From the NCBI RefSeq assembly GCF_003334405.1, contig NZ_QOWM01000001.1: a stretch of 64,000 nucleotides of DNA; one strand, 5' to 3'. Each line of letters begins with the position of its first letter. Position 1 is the stretch's first letter. The position numbers and the translations under genes are program-made. The stretch comes from Escherichia coli. GTDB lineage: Bacteria > Pseudomonadota > Gammaproteobacteria > Enterobacterales > Enterobacteriaceae. The notes below the pieces were generated by a model. The model did no database searches, had not been told where the DNA came from, and was given only the letters and a program-made list of their open reading frames with translations. Positions 32,401 through 47,836 of the stretch are shown piece by piece.

Positions 32401-32885
32401 GAAAGACTTTCTTAACCCTGCTTTGTGTCAGTAGCGCCATAGCTCATGCTGCTGATGAAGACATCACCTTTCACGGGACATTATTGTCACCGCCAACCTG
32501 TAGCATCAGCGGTGGTAAAACCATTGAAGTCGAATTTCGCGATCTCATTATCGACGACATCAACGGCAACTATGGTCGTAAAGAGGTGCCATATGAACTC
32601 ACTTGTGACTCGACGACCCGTCATCCAGATTGGGAGATGACCCTCACCTGGACTGGTACACAAACCAGTTTTAATGATGCAGCAATTGAAACTGATGTAC
32701 CCGGTTTTGGTATCGAGCTTCAGCACGATGGTCAGCGTTTTAAACTCAATACTCCGCTTGCTATCAACGCCACTGATTTTACGCAAAAGCCGAAGCTGGA
32801 GGCCGTACCGGTAAAAGCGAGTGATGCTGTGTTAAGCGATACGAATTTTTCGGCTTACGCAACATTACGGGTGGATTATCAATGA
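32397..32885 (+). CDS. yfcQ: Fimbrial minor subunit (YfcQ-like)
   Basis: 162-aa pilin-like ORF; ATGA overlap with yfcR. Confidence 0.8.
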   Translation: MRKTFLTLLCVSSAIAHAADEDITFHGTLLSPPTCSISGGKTIEVEFRDLIIDDINGNYGRKEVPYELTCDSTTRHPDWEMTLTWTGTQTSFNDAAIETDVPGFGIELQHDGQRFKLNTPLAINATDFTQKPKLEAVPVKASDAVLSDTNFSAYATLRVDYQ

Positions 32886-33421
32886 ATAAATCAATGATTC
32901 AGTCCGGTGGTTACGTCCTGTTAGCGGGGCTGATATTGGCAATGAGTAGCACGTTATTCGCGGCAGATAATAATCTGCATTTCTCCGGTAATTTATTAAG
33001 TAAATCCTGTGCGCTGGTGGTGGATGGCCAATATCTGGCAGAGGTGCGCTTTCCCACGGTCAGTCGTCAGGATTTGAACGTTGCAGGCCAGTCCGCTCGT
33101 GTACCCGTAGTCTTTAAGCTGAAAGATTGCAAAGGGCCGGCGGGATACAACGTAAAAGTCACGCTCACGGGGGTAGAAGACAGCGAACAACCCGGTTTTC
33201 TGGCACTGGATACGTCATCAACCGCTCAGGGAGTGGGAATTGGCATGGAAAAAACCGACGGAATGCAGGTTGCCATCAACAATACAAATGGGGCGACCTT
33301 TGCGCTAACCAATGGCAATAACGATATCAATTTCAGAGCCTGGCTACAGGCGAAAAGCGGCCGTGATGTGACGATCGGTGAATTTACCGCCTCTTTAACT
33401 GCGACATTTGAGTATATTTAA
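32882..33421 (+). CDS. yfcP: Fimbrial minor subunit (YfcP-like)
   Basis: 179-aa pilin-like ORF; ATGA overlap with yfcQ. Confidence 0.8.
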   Translation: MNKSMIQSGGYVLLAGLILAMSSTLFAADNNLHFSGNLLSKSCALVVDGQYLAEVRFPTVSRQDLNVAGQSARVPVVFKLKDCKGPAGYNVKVTLTGVEDSEQPGFLALDTSSTAQGVGIGMEKTDGMQVAINNTNGATFALTNGNNDINFRAWLQAKSGRDVTIGEFTASLTATFEYI

Positions 33422-34244
33422 AATGAAAATACTACGATGGTTGTTCGCTCTGGTCATGCTTATTGCTACTACAGAAGCTATGGCTGCCGGGCATAGCGTT
33501 GACGTTTACTACGGTTACAACGGTGATTCGCGTAATATTGCGACTTTTAATTTAAAAATAATGATGCCATCCGCAGTGTACGTTGGTGAATATAAAAGTA
33601 GTCAATGGCTCATGACTGGGGAAATATTGCAAAATGTGAGCTGGAGTGGTCCTCCTCCTGCCCCTTCGGTTAAGCTGATTGGCTACCATCAAAATATCAA
33701 CAAAGCAAGTTGTCCTGGATTACCGTCTGGGTGGAACTGCGGGTATTATACATTTGAGGTTATTGTCTCTGCAGAGATTGAATCTTACTTTTCTTGTCCA
33801 TGGTTGGTTATTATGAATGACTCTGAAGCCTCTCCAGGGGGCGTGACGTATCAGGGGCCTGATAGTCACGACACGATTTGTCCATCCGTTTCTGTTCAAC
33901 CTTATGACGTTTCATGGAATGAGAATTATGTCAGTAAGTCAAAACTGCTCACCCTGCAGTCGACGGGCGGTGTGGTTGAGAAAACGCTTTCAACGTATTT
34001 GATGAAAGATGGGAAGTTGTGCGACAGTACGCAGATGAATGAAACAGGTGGTTACTGCCGCTGGGTTGCACAGATGATAACTTTTACCGCGTCGGGATGT
34101 GACAAGGCGGAAGTCTCGGTCACGCCAAATCGACACCCTATAACGGACAAACAGTTACACGATATGGTCGTGCGTGTTGATACCAGCAGTATGCAGCCAA
34201 TCGATTCTACTTGCCGGTTCCAGTACATACTGAATGAGTTGTAG
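33408..34244 (+). CDS. yfcO: Fimbrial-cluster terminal protein (YfcO-like); putative tip adhesin
   Basis: 278-aa secreted Cys-rich ORF at the operon end; the adhesin role is inference from position only. Confidence 0.7.
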   Translation: MSIFKMKILRWLFALVMLIATTEAMAAGHSVDVYYGYNGDSRNIATFNLKIMMPSAVYVGEYKSSQWLMTGEILQNVSWSGPPPAPSVKLIGYHQNINKASCPGLPSGWNCGYYTFEVIVSAEIESYFSCPWLVIMNDSEASPGGVTYQGPDSHDTICPSVSVQPYDVSWNENYVSKSKLLTLQSTGGVVEKTLSTYLMKDGKLCDSTQMNETGGYCRWVAQMITFTASGCDKAEVSVTPNRHPITDKQLHDMVVRVDTSSMQPIDSTCRFQYILNEL

Positions 34245-34259
34245 CCCTTAGATACACCA

Positions 34260-34281
34260 GGCAGGGGCATTCGCCCCTGCC
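34260..34281. terminator. Hairpin (GGCAGGGGC attc GCCCCTGCC) between convergent yfcO and smrB
   Basis: 9-bp GC stem with 4-nt loop read directly. Confidence 0.5.
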
Positions 34282-34314
34282 ATTACCCGTACCTGGCGCA
34301 ACGCGCTCAACTCC

Positions 34315-34866
34315 TCAGGGCAACTCCGGCGGCAGCCACTCTTCGACTTCAATCAACACCAACAACGCCGCATCACCGCCATACTCTTTTGGTGCCTGAT
34401 GAAAGGCCATCACATGCGGATGTTGTGCCAGCCACAGCGGTGTTTGTTGCTTCAAAATATGCTTCCCGTGCCCATGCATCACGCAGGCGCAAAACACATG
34501 TTCACGGCGGCAGGCGGCAATCAACGCCCCCAGTTCCTGCTTGGCCTGCAGCTGCGTCAGACCGTGTAAATCCAAAAACAACTCCGGCGAATAATCGCCA
34601 CGGCGCAGTTTCTTCGCCTCAAAATGGCTGACATCCGGGCGAACATATTTCACCGGACCTTCGGTATTTAATAACGGCTGAAACTCATCGGAGAAATAAT
34701 GGCTGGCATCAGCCTGCTCCTGGATCAAGCGTTTCACCGGCACTTCGCTGATTTTTTTACGCTGCGGTCGGTGGACAATCGTGTCCTGCTTAATCTTGCG
34801 AGTCCCCGCCATCAACTGGCGAAACAGAGCCTGGTCCTCCTCGCTAAGTGTTGTTTTCTTTTTCAT
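34315..34866 (-). CDS. smrB: Ribosome-rescue endonuclease SmrB (Smr domain)
   Basis: 183-aa ORF with C-terminal Smr-like region (LDLHGLT...HGHGKH). Confidence 0.9.
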
Positions 34867-35031
34867 TTATCTGTCTCTATTTCTAATTTTCCTACAGTTT
34901 ACCCGACTCGTAGCGCAATCGATCGTTTTAAACGTATTTTTCCTCACTCACCGCGCGTGAATGCTGATTTATCGTCATCTTCATGGCAAACTAGCCGCCG
35001 AAATTATTGCGATCATGCCCTGGAGGAATAC

Positions 35032-35964
35032 GTGGATAAAATTTTCGTTGATGAAGCAGTAAATGAGCTGCAAACCATTCAGGACATGTTGCGCTGGTCG
35101 GTGAGCCGCTTCAGCGCGGCAAATATCTGGTACGGTCACGGTACCGATAACCCGTGGGATGAAGCCGTACAGCTGGTGTTGCCTTCGCTCTACCTGCCGC
35201 TGGATATTCCGGAAGATATGCGCACCGCGCGTCTGACCTCCAGCGAAAAACACCGTATTGTTGAACGCGTGATCCGCCGCGTCAATGAACGCATTCCGGT
35301 GGCTTACCTGACCAACAAAGCGTGGTTCTGCGGCCATGAATTTTACGTCGATGAACGCGTGCTGGTGCCGCGCTCGCCGATTGGTGAACTGATCAACAAT
35401 AAATTTGCCGGACTTATCAGCAAGCAACCGCAGCATATTTTAGATATGTGTACTGGTAGCGGCTGCATCGCCATTGCCTGTGCTTATGCCTTCCCGGATG
35501 CAGAAGTCGACGCGGTGGATATCTCTCCAGACGCGCTGGCGGTTGCTGAACAGAACATCGAAGAACACGGTCTGATCCACAACGTCATTCCGATTCGTTC
35601 CGATCTGTTCCGCGACTTGCCGAAAGTGCAGTACGACCTGATTGTCACTAACCCGCCGTATGTCGATGCGGAAGATATGTCCGACCTGCCAAACGAATAC
35701 CGCCACGAGCCGGAACTGGGCCTGGCATCTGGCACTGACGGCCTGAAACTGACGCGTCGCATTCTCGGTAACGCGGCAGATTACCTTGCTGATGATGGCG
35801 TGTTGATTTGTGAAGTCGGCAACAGCATGGTACATCTTATGGAACAATATCCGGATGTTCCGTTCACCTGGCTGGAGTTTGATAACGGCGGCGATGGTGT
35901 GTTTATGCTCACCAAAGAGCAGCTTATTGCCGCACGAGAACATTTCGCGATTTATAAAGATTAA
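35032..35964 (+). CDS. prmB: Ribosomal protein uL3 glutamine methyltransferase PrmB
   Basis: ORF track frame 34699-35964; start placed at GTG 35032 ([14 protein letters not shown]..., 310 aa). Contains the NPPY methyltransferase motif (VTNPPYV). Confidence 0.85.
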
Positions 35965-35998
35965 GTAAACACGCAAACACAACAATAACGGAGCCGTG

Positions 35999-37084
35999 AT
36001 GGCTGGAAACACAATTGGACAACTCTTTCGCGTAACCACCTTCGGCGAATCGCACGGGCTGGCGCTCGGCTGCATCGTCGATGGTGTTCCGCCAGGCATT
36101 CCGCTGACGGAAGCGGACCTGCAACATGACCTCGACCGTCGTCGCCCTGGGACATCGCGCTATACCACCCAGCGCCGCGAGCCGGATCAGGTCAAAATTC
36201 TCTCCGGTGTTTTTGAAGGCGTTACTACCGGCACCAGCATTGGCTTGTTGATCGAAAACACTGACCAGCGCTCTCAGGATTACAGTGCGATTAAGGACGT
36301 TTTCCGTCCAGGCCATGCCGATTACACCTACGAACAAAAATACGGTCTGCGCGATTATCGCGGCGGTGGACGTTCTTCCGCCCGCGAAACCGCCATGCGC
36401 GTGGCGGCAGGAGCTATTGCCAAAAAATATCTCGCCGAGAAATTTGGTATTGAAATCCGTGGCTGCCTGACCCAGATGGGCGACATTCCGCTGGATATCA
36501 AAGACTGGTCGCAGGTCGAGCAAAATCCGTTTTTTTGCCCGGACCCCGACAAAATCGACGCGTTAGACGAGTTGATGCGTGCGCTGAAAAAAGAGGGCGA
36601 CTCCATCGGCGCTAAAGTCACCGTTGTTGCCAGTGGCGTTCCTGCCGGACTTGGCGAGCCGGTCTTTGACCGCCTGGATGCTGACATCGCCCATGCGCTG
36701 ATGAGCATCAACGCGGTGAAAGGCGTGGAAATTGGCGACGGCTTTGACGTGGTGGCGCTGCGCGGCAGCCAGAACCGCGATGAAATCACCAAAGACGGTT
36801 TCCAGAGCAACCATGCGGGCGGCATTCTCGGCGGTATCAGCAGCGGGCAGCAAATCATTGCCCATATGGCGCTGAAACCGACCTCCAGCATTACCGTGCC
36901 GGGTCGTACCATTAACCGCTTTGGCGAAGAAGTTGAGATGATCACCAAAGGCCGTCACGATCCCTGTGTCGGGATCCGCGCAGTGCCGATCGCAGAAGCG
37001 ATGCTGGCGATCGTTTTAATGGATCACCTGTTACGGCAACGGGCGCAAAATGCCGATGTGAAGACTGATATTCCACGCTGGTAA
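35999..37084 (+). CDS. aroC: Chorismate synthase
   Basis: 361-aa [23 protein letters not shown], classic AroC N-terminus. Confidence 0.95.
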   Translation: MAGNTIGQLFRVTTFGESHGLALGCIVDGVPPGIPLTEADLQHDLDRRRPGTSRYTTQRREPDQVKILSGVFEGVTTGTSIGLLIENTDQRSQDYSAIKDVFRPGHADYTYEQKYGLRDYRGGGRSSARETAMRVAAGAIAKKYLAEKFGIEIRGCLTQMGDIPLDIKDWSQVEQNPFFCPDPDKIDALDELMRALKKEGDSIGAKVTVVASGVPAGLGEPVFDRLDADIAHALMSINAVKGVEIGDGFDVVALRGSQNRDEITKDGFQSNHAGGILGGISSGQQIIAHMALKPTSSITVPGRTINRFGEEVEMITKGRHDPCVGIRAVPIAEAMLAIVLMDHLLRQRAQNADVKTDIPRW

Positions 37085-37087
37085 AAA

Positions 37088-37912
37088 ATGAATAAAACCG
37101 CGATTGCGCTGCTGGCTCTGCTTGCCAGTAGCGCCAGCCTGGCAGCGACGCCGTGGCAAAAAATAACCCAACCTGTGCCGGGTAGCGCACAATCGATAGG
37201 CAGTTTTTCTAATGGCTGTATTGTCGGCGCTGACACGCTGCCGATACAGTCCGAACATTATCAGGTCATGCGTACCGATCAGCGTCGCTATTTCGGTCAC
37301 CCGGATCTGGTGATGTTTATCCAGCGTCTGAGTAGCCAGGTGAGCAATCTGGGCATGGGTACGGTGCTGATTGGCGATATGGGGATGCCCGCTGGTGGGC
37401 GTTTCAACGGCGGTCATGCCAGCCACCAGACCGGACTGGATGTCGATATCTTTCTGCAACTGCCGAAAACTCGCTGGACCTCCGCGCAGCTCTTGCGCCC
37501 GCAAGCACTGGACTTAGTTTCCCGCGACGGTAAACACGTTGTCTCCACGCTGTGGAAGCCAGAAATTTTCAGCTTGATCAAACTCGCCGCCCAGGACAAA
37601 GACGTCACGCGCATTTTTGTTAATCCGGCGATTAAACAACAACTTTGCCTTGATGCGGGCACCGATCGCGACTGGTTGCGCAAAGTGCGACCCTGGTTCC
37701 AGCATCGCGCGCATATGCATGTACGATTACGTTGCCCTGCCGATAGTCTGGAGTGTGAAGATCAACCTTTACCGCCATCAGGCGATGGTTGCGGGGCAGA
37801 ACTGCAAAGCTGGTTTGAACCTCCAAAACCGGGAACAACAAAGCCTGAGAAGAAGACACCGCCTCCGTTGCCGCCTTCCTGCCAGGCGCTACTGGATGAG
37901 CACGTGATCTAA
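37088..37912 (+). CDS. mepA: Penicillin-insensitive murein DD-endopeptidase MepA
   Basis: 274-aa secreted ORF, synteny after aroC. Confidence 0.9.
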
Positions 37913-38721
37913 TGGAAACGTTTAATAGCCTGTTTATGGTTTCCCCGCTGTTGCTGGGAGTTCTCTTTTTTGTCGCCATGCTGGCGGGATTTATCGACTC
38001 GATTGCCGGTGGCGGTGGGTTACTCACCATTCCGGCATTGATGGCAGCGGGGATGTCTCCCGCTAATGCGCTGGCAACCAATAAACTGCAAGCCTGCGGC
38101 GGCTCTATTTCCGCTACTATCTACTTTATTCGCCGCAAAGTGGTTAGTTTAAGCGATCAGAAACTCAATATCGCCATGACCTTTGTCGGCTCAATGAGCG
38201 GCGCACTGCTGGTGCAATACGTTCAGGCTGATGTCTTACGGCAGATTTTGCCCATTCTGGTAATTTGTATCGGCCTCTATTTCTTGCTGATGCCAAAGCT
38301 AGGTGAAGAAGACCGCCAGCGCCGGATGTACGGTTTACCCTTCGCGTTAATAGCCGGTGGCTGCGTCGGTTTTTATGATGGATTCTTTGGCCCGGCTGCC
38401 GGGTCGTTTTACGCGCTGGCCTTCGTTACGCTGTGCGGATTTAACCTCGCCAAAGCCACGGCTCACGCCAAATTACTCAACGCAACGTCAAACATCGGCG
38501 GTTTACTGCTGTTTATTCTCGGCGGCAAAGTGATTTGGGCGACGGGCTTTGTCATGCTGGTGGGGCAGTTCCTCGGCGCGCGCATGGGTTCACGACTGGT
38601 GTTGAGCAAAGGACAAAAGCTGATCCGCCCGATGATTGTTATCGTCTCGGCGGTGATGAGTGCCAAATTACTTTACGACAGCCACGGACAGGAGATCCTC
38701 CACTGGTTGGGGATGAACTAA
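37912..38721 (+). CDS. yfcA: Membrane transporter YfcA (TauE/SafE family)
   Basis: 269-aa polytopic membrane ORF overlapping the mepA stop. Confidence 0.85.
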   Translation: METFNSLFMVSPLLLGVLFFVAMLAGFIDSIAGGGGLLTIPALMAAGMSPANALATNKLQACGGSISATIYFIRRKVVSLSDQKLNIAMTFVGSMSGALLVQYVQADVLRQILPILVICIGLYFLLMPKLGEEDRQRRMYGLPFALIAGGCVGFYDGFFGPAAGSFYALAFVTLCGFNLAKATAHAKLLNATSNIGGLLLFILGGKVIWATGFVMLVGQFLGARMGSRLVLSKGQKLIRPMIVIVSAVMSAKLLYDSHGQEILHWLGMN

Positions 38722-39269
38722 TGAACAGTACACACCACTACGAGCAGTTGATTGAAATTTTTAATAGCTGCTTTGCCGATGATTTTAATACCCGTCTGAT
38801 TAAAGGCGACGACGAACCGATCTATCTTCCTGCTGATGCGGAAGTACCGTATAACCGAATCGTCTTTGCTCATGGCTTTTATGCCAGCGCAATTCATGAG
38901 ATTTCGCACTGGTGTATTGCCGGGAAAGCGCGCCGTGAGCTGGTTGATTTCGGCTACTGGTATTGCCCGGACGGACGCGATGCCCAAACGCAAAGCCAGT
39001 TTGAAGATGTTGAAGTGAAGCCGCAGGCGCTCGACTGGTTGTTCTGTGTGGCGGCGGGATATCCGTTTAACGTCAGTTGCGACAATCTGGAAGGGGATTT
39101 CGAACCGGATCGTGTGGTGTTTCAACGGCGAGTACATGCGCAGGTGATGGATTATCTGACAAATGGCATTCCGGAACGTCCGGCACGCTTCATTAAAGCA
39201 CTACAAAATTATTATCACACGCCGGAACTTACGGCGGAACAGTTCCCGTGGCCGGAAGCGCTCAACTGA
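38721..39269 (+). CDS. epmC: Elongation factor P hydroxylase EpmC
   Basis: Start placed at ATG 38721 (MNSTHHYEQLIEIFNSCF, 182 aa) overlapping the yfcA stop; the ORF track frame extends upstream into yfcA. Confidence 0.85.
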   Translation: MNSTHHYEQLIEIFNSCFADDFNTRLIKGDDEPIYLPADAEVPYNRIVFAHGFYASAIHEISHWCIAGKARRELVDFGYWYCPDGRDAQTQSQFEDVEVKPQALDWLFCVAAGYPFNVSCDNLEGDFEPDRVVFQRRVHAQVMDYLTNGIPERPARFIKALQNYYHTPELTAEQFPWPEALN

Positions 39270-39302
39270 AGCCAGCGCCACGTTTTACAATGAGGAAAGA
39301 AG

Positions 39303-39581
39303 ATGATCGCGGAGTTTGAATCACGCATTCTGGCATTAATCGACGGTATGGTTGACCATGCCAGTGATGATGAGTTGTTTGCCAGTGGGTATTTGCGTGG
39401 CCACCTGACATTAGCCATCGCAGAACTGGAAAGTGGTGATGACCACTCCGCTCAGGCGGTGCATACGACCGTTAGCCAGAGTCTGGAAAAAGCCATTGGT
39501 GCTGGTGAATTGTCGCCGCGTGACCAGGCGCTGGTGACCGATATGTGGGAAAACCTGTTTCAGCAGGCGTCACAGCAGTAA
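39303..39581 (+). CDS. yfcL: Small conserved protein YfcL
   Basis: 92-aa ORF, synteny between epmC and mnmC. Confidence 0.8.
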
Positions 39582-39600
39582 GTTGCGGCGTCTGGAGCAG

Positions 39601-39685
<85 letters not shown>

Positions 39686-39701
39686 ACACTGCGAGAGCAG
39701 A

Positions 39702-41774
<2,073 letters not shown>

Positions 41775-41785
41775 CTATTAAATGG

Positions 41786-41818
41786 CTGATCGGACTTGTT
41801 CGGCGTACAAGTGTACGC
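41786..41818. promoter_or_regulatory. fabB promoter operators: FadR-like site (CTGATCGGACTTGTTCG) adjoining a FabR-like palindrome (GCGTACA-AG-TGTACGC)
   Basis: Palindrome read directly; assignment to FadR/FabR comes from known fabB regulation. Confidence 0.5.
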
Positions 41819-41866
41819 TATTGTGCATTCGAAACTTACTCTATGTGCGACTTACAGAGGTATTGA

Positions 41867-43087
41867 ATGAAACGTGCAGTGATTACTGGCCTGGGCATTG
41901 TTTCCAGCATCGGTAATAACCAGCAGGAAGTCCTGGCATCTCTGCGTGAAGGACGTTCAGGGATCACTTTCTCTCAGGAGCTGAAGGATTCCGGCATGCG
42001 TAGCCACGTCTGGGGCAACGTAAAACTGGATACCACTGGCCTCATTGACCGCAAAGTTGTGCGTTTTATGAGCGACGCATCCATTTATGCATTCCTTTCT
42101 ATGGAGCAGGCAATCGCTGATGCGGGCCTCTCTCCGGAAGCTTACCAGAATAACCCGCGCGTTGGCCTGATTGCAGGTTCCGGCGGCGGCTCCCCGCGTT
42201 TCCAGGTGTTCGGCGCTGACGCAATGCGCGGCCCGCGCGGCCTGAAAGCGGTTGGCCCGTATGTGGTCACCAAAGCGATGGCATCCGGCGTTTCTGCCTG
42301 CCTCGCCACCCCGTTTAAAATTCATGGCGTTAACTACTCCATCAGCTCCGCGTGTGCGACTTCCGCACACTGTATCGGTAACGCAGTAGAGCAGATCCAA
42401 CTGGGCAAACAGGACATCGTGTTTGCTGGCGGCGGCGAAGAGCTGTGCTGGGAAATGGCTTGCGAATTCGACGCAATGGGTGCGCTGTCTACTAAATACA
42501 ACGACACCCCGGAAAAAGCCTCCCGTACTTACGACGCTCACCGTGACGGTTTCGTTATCGCTGGCGGCGGCGGTATGGTAGTGGTTGAAGAGCTGGAACA
42601 CGCGCTGGCGCGTGGTGCTCACATCTATGCTGAAATCGTTGGCTACGGCGCAACCTCTGATGGTGCAGACATGGTTGCTCCGTCTGGCGAAGGCGCAGTA
42701 CGCTGCATGAAGATGGCGATGCATGGCGTTGATACCCCAATCGATTACCTGAACTCCCACGGTACTTCGACTCCGGTTGGCGACGTGAAAGAGCTGGCAG
42801 CTATCCGTGAAGTGTTCGGCGATAAGAGCCCGGCGATTTCTGCAACCAAAGCCATGACCGGTCACTCTCTGGGCGCTGCTGGCGTACAGGAAGCTATCTA
42901 CTCTCTGCTGATGCTGGAACACGGCTTTATCGCCCCGAGCATCAACATTGAAGAGCTGGACGAGCAGGCTGCGGGTCTGAACATCGTGACCGAAACGACC
43001 GATCGCGAACTGACCACCGTTATGTCTAACAGCTTCGGCTTCGGCGGCACCAACGCCACGCTGGTAATGCGCAAGCTGAAAGATTAA
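41867..43087 (+). CDS. fabB: 3-oxoacyl-ACP synthase I (KAS I)
   Basis: 406-aa [25 protein letters not shown] with active-site cysteine context ([14 protein letters not shown]). Confidence 0.97.
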
Positions 43088-43091
43088 TTCG

Positions 43092-43130
43092 CAGTAGGTC
43101 GGAGTAGACGCGCCAGCGTCGCATCCGACG
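43092..43130. repeat. REP-like element downstream of fabB
   Basis: GTAGGTCGGAGTAGACGCGCCAGCGTCGCATCCGAC resembles the REP consensus in inverse orientation. Confidence 0.5.
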
Positions 43131-43162
43131 TTACGCGCCAATGCGGCCTCCGGCACTAACGC

Positions 43163-43189
43163 AAAAGGGAACCTGATGGTTCCCTTTTT
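43163..43189. terminator. Bidirectional rho-independent terminator (AAAA GGGAACC tgat GGTTCCC TTTTT)
   Basis: Perfect 7-bp GC-rich stem flanked by A- and T-runs. Confidence 0.65.
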
Positions 43190-43348
43190 CACATCATTGA
43201 CAATCGCCGCCAGTTCCAGGCAAACTTCCCGCTTTGTCGATTTCCTTCTGAAAAGACGTACGCGTTAAATCCTGCCAACGCACCGTAACCCTGAAACCAG
43301 AGAGATGAGACGGGGATACTCCTCGCCTTGCGCTGCATTCTGGAGTAA

Positions 43349-45522
<2,174 letters not shown>

Positions 45523-45620
45523 TACGTATCCTTATACCTGAAATCTTCGCAAGTATGCCTGGCCGCGAGATTATGGCACACTTGTCCGGTTAACTCTCGT
45601 CTCATACAGGTAACACAAAC

Positions 45621-46757
45621 GTGAAAATCCTTGTTGATGAAAATATGCCTTATGCCCGCGACTTATTTAGCCGTTTGGGTGAGGTGACCGCGGTTCCCGG
45701 GCGTCCAATCCCCGTCGCTCAACTGGCAGACGCGGATGCGCTGATGGTGCGTTCGGTCACGAAAGTGAATGAATCTTTGCTGGCAGGAAAACCCATTAAA
45801 TTTGTTGGCACTGCCACTGCGGGGACCGACCATGTCGATGAAGCATGGTTGAAGCAGGCGGGAATTGGTTTTTCCGCTGCACCTGGCTGTAATGCGATTG
45901 CGGTGGTGGAATATGTTTTCTCCTCCCTGCTGATGCTTGCCGAACGCGATGGATTTTCACTGTACGACCGTACGGTGGGGATCGTGGGCGTTGGTAACGT
46001 TGGACGTCGATTGCAGGCGCGACTGGAAGCGTTAGGGATTAAAACCTTACTTTGCGATCCGCCTCGCGCCGACCGTGGGGATGAGGGTGATTTCCGCTCG
46101 CTGGATGAGTTAGTCCAGCGCGCGGATATTCTGACTTTCCATACGCCACTCTTTAAAGATGGTCCGTACAAAACGCTACATCTGGCGGATGAAAAACTGA
46201 TCCGTAGCCTGAAGCCCGGAGCGATTCTGATTAACGCCTGCCGTGGCGCAGTCGTCGATAATACTGCGTTGCTGACCTGCCTGAATGAAGGCCAGAAGTT
46301 AAGCGTAGTGCTGGATGTCTGGGAAGGCGAACCGGAACTCAACGTCGAGCTGCTGAAAAAAGTGGATATCGGCACGCCGCATATCGCAGGCTATACCCTG
46401 GAAGGTAAAGCACGCGGTACTACGCAAGTGTTTGAAGCTTATAGCAAGTTTATTGGGCATGAACAGCACGTTGCGCTGGATACATTACTGCCTGCGCCAG
46501 AGTTTGGTCGCATTACGCTGCATGGCCCGCTCGATCAACCGACGCTGAAAAGGCTGGTGCATTTGGTGTATGATGTGCGCCGCGATGACGCACCGCTGCG
46601 TAAAGTCGCCGGGATACCGGGTGAGTTCGATAAACTGCGCAAAAACTATCTTGAGCGCCGTGAATGGTCATCTCTGTATGTAATTTGTGATGACGCCAGT
46701 GCGGCATCATTGCTGTGTAAACTGGGTTTTAACGCCGTTCATCATCCGGCACGTTAA
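45621..46757 (+). CDS. pdxB: Erythronate-4-phosphate dehydrogenase (pyridoxine biosynthesis)
   Basis: 378-aa ORF with GTG start and a D-2-hydroxyacid dehydrogenase NAD-binding motif (GIVGVGNVG). Confidence 0.9.
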   Translation: MKILVDENMPYARDLFSRLGEVTAVPGRPIPVAQLADADALMVRSVTKVNESLLAGKPIKFVGTATAGTDHVDEAWLKQAGIGFSAAPGCNAIAVVEYVFSSLLMLAERDGFSLYDRTVGIVGVGNVGRRLQARLEALGIKTLLCDPPRADRGDEGDFRSLDELVQRADILTFHTPLFKDGPYKTLHLADEKLIRSLKPGAILINACRGAVVDNTALLTCLNEGQKLSVVLDVWEGEPELNVELLKKVDIGTPHIAGYTLEGKARGTTQVFEAYSKFIGHEQHVALDTLLPAPEFGRITLHGPLDQPTLKRLVHLVYDVRRDDAPLRKVAGIPGEFDKLRKNYLERREWSSLYVICDDASAASLLCKLGFNAVHHPAR

Positions 46758-46822
46758 TCTCTTCTTCATGCTCTCTGCTGTAACATTGGCAGGGAGCTTT
46801 GCTATTTCTGGAGTAAACCACC

Positions 46823-47836
46823 ATGTCTGAAGGCTGGAACATTGCCGTCCTGGGCGCAACTGGCGCTGTGGGCGAAGCCCTGCTTGAAACGCTGGCTGAA
46901 CGTCAGTTCCCGGTTGGGGAAATTTATGCACTGGCACGTAACGAAAGCGCAGGCGAACAACTGCGCTTTGGTGGTAAGACAATCACCGTGCAGGATGCCG
47001 CTGAATTCGACTGGACGCAGGCGCAGCTGGCATTTTTTGTCGCAGGCAAAGAAGCTACCGCTGCCTGGGTTGAAGAAGCGACCAACTCAGGTTGCCTGGT
47101 GATCGACAGCAGTGGATTGTTTGCTCTCGAACCCGACGTACCGCTGGTGGTGCCGGAAGTAAACCCGTTTGTACTGACAGATTACCGGAACCGGAATGTC
47201 ATCGCCGTACCAGACAGTCTGACCAGCCAGCTGCTGGCGGCACTGAAACCGTTAATCGATCAGGGCGGTTTATCACGTATCAGCGTTACCAGCCTGATTT
47301 CAGCCTCCGCCCAGGGCAAAAAAGCGGTCGATGCGTTAGCGGGGCAGAGTGCGAAATTGCTCAACGGCATTCCGATTGACGAAGAAGATTTCTTCGGGCG
47401 TCAGCTGGCGTTCAACATGCTGCCGTTACTGCCGGATAGCGAAGGTAGCGTGCGTGAAGAACGTCGTATCGTTGACGAAGTACGCAAAATCCTGCAGGAC
47501 GAAGGGCTGATGATTTCGGCTAGCGTCGTCCAGGCACCGGTATTCTACGGTCATGCCCAGATGGTCAACTTTGAAGCTCTGCGTCCACTGGCAGCAGAAG
47601 AAGCGCGTGATGCGTTTGTTCAAGGCGAAGATATTGTGCTCTCTGAAGAGAACGAATTCCCAACTCAGGTAGGTGATGCTTCGGGTACGCCGCATCTTTC
47701 TGTTGGCTGCGTGCGTAATGACTACGGTATGCCGGAGCAAGTCCAGTTCTGGTCGGTGGCCGATAACGTTCGCTTTGGCGGCGCGCTGATGGCAGTAAAA
47801 ATCGCCGAGAAACTGGTGCAGGAGTATCTGTACTAA
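46823..47836 (+). CDS. usg: Usg protein (aspartate-semialdehyde dehydrogenase paralogue)
   Basis: 337-aa ORF with N-terminal Rossmann motif ([11 protein letters not shown]); located upstream of truA. Confidence 0.85.

Noticed and set aside
34699-35031. N-terminal extension of the prmB reading frame overlapping smrB on the opposite strand
   Set aside because: The open frame is an upstream continuation; the conserved PrmB N-terminus begins at GTG 35032, giving the expected 310 aa. The extension would overlap the smrB coding region by more than 160 bp.
35440-36948. Several antisense ORFs (219, 199 and 197 aa) opposite prmB and aroC
   Set aside because: Overlap conserved genes on the opposite strand; translations are low-complexity; no independent promoter or RBS evidence.
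41957-43192. 411-aa ORF antisense to the whole of fabB
   Set aside because: Fully embedded opposite a highly conserved, certainly real gene; long antisense ORFs commonly arise opposite genes with strong codon bias. Its translation is low-complexity (Ala/Arg/Gly/Val-rich) with no recognisable domain.
45719-46375. 218-aa ORF antisense to pdxB
   Set aside because: Ser/Thr/Pro/Ala-rich low-complexity translation opposite a conserved gene; treated as a spurious shadow ORF.
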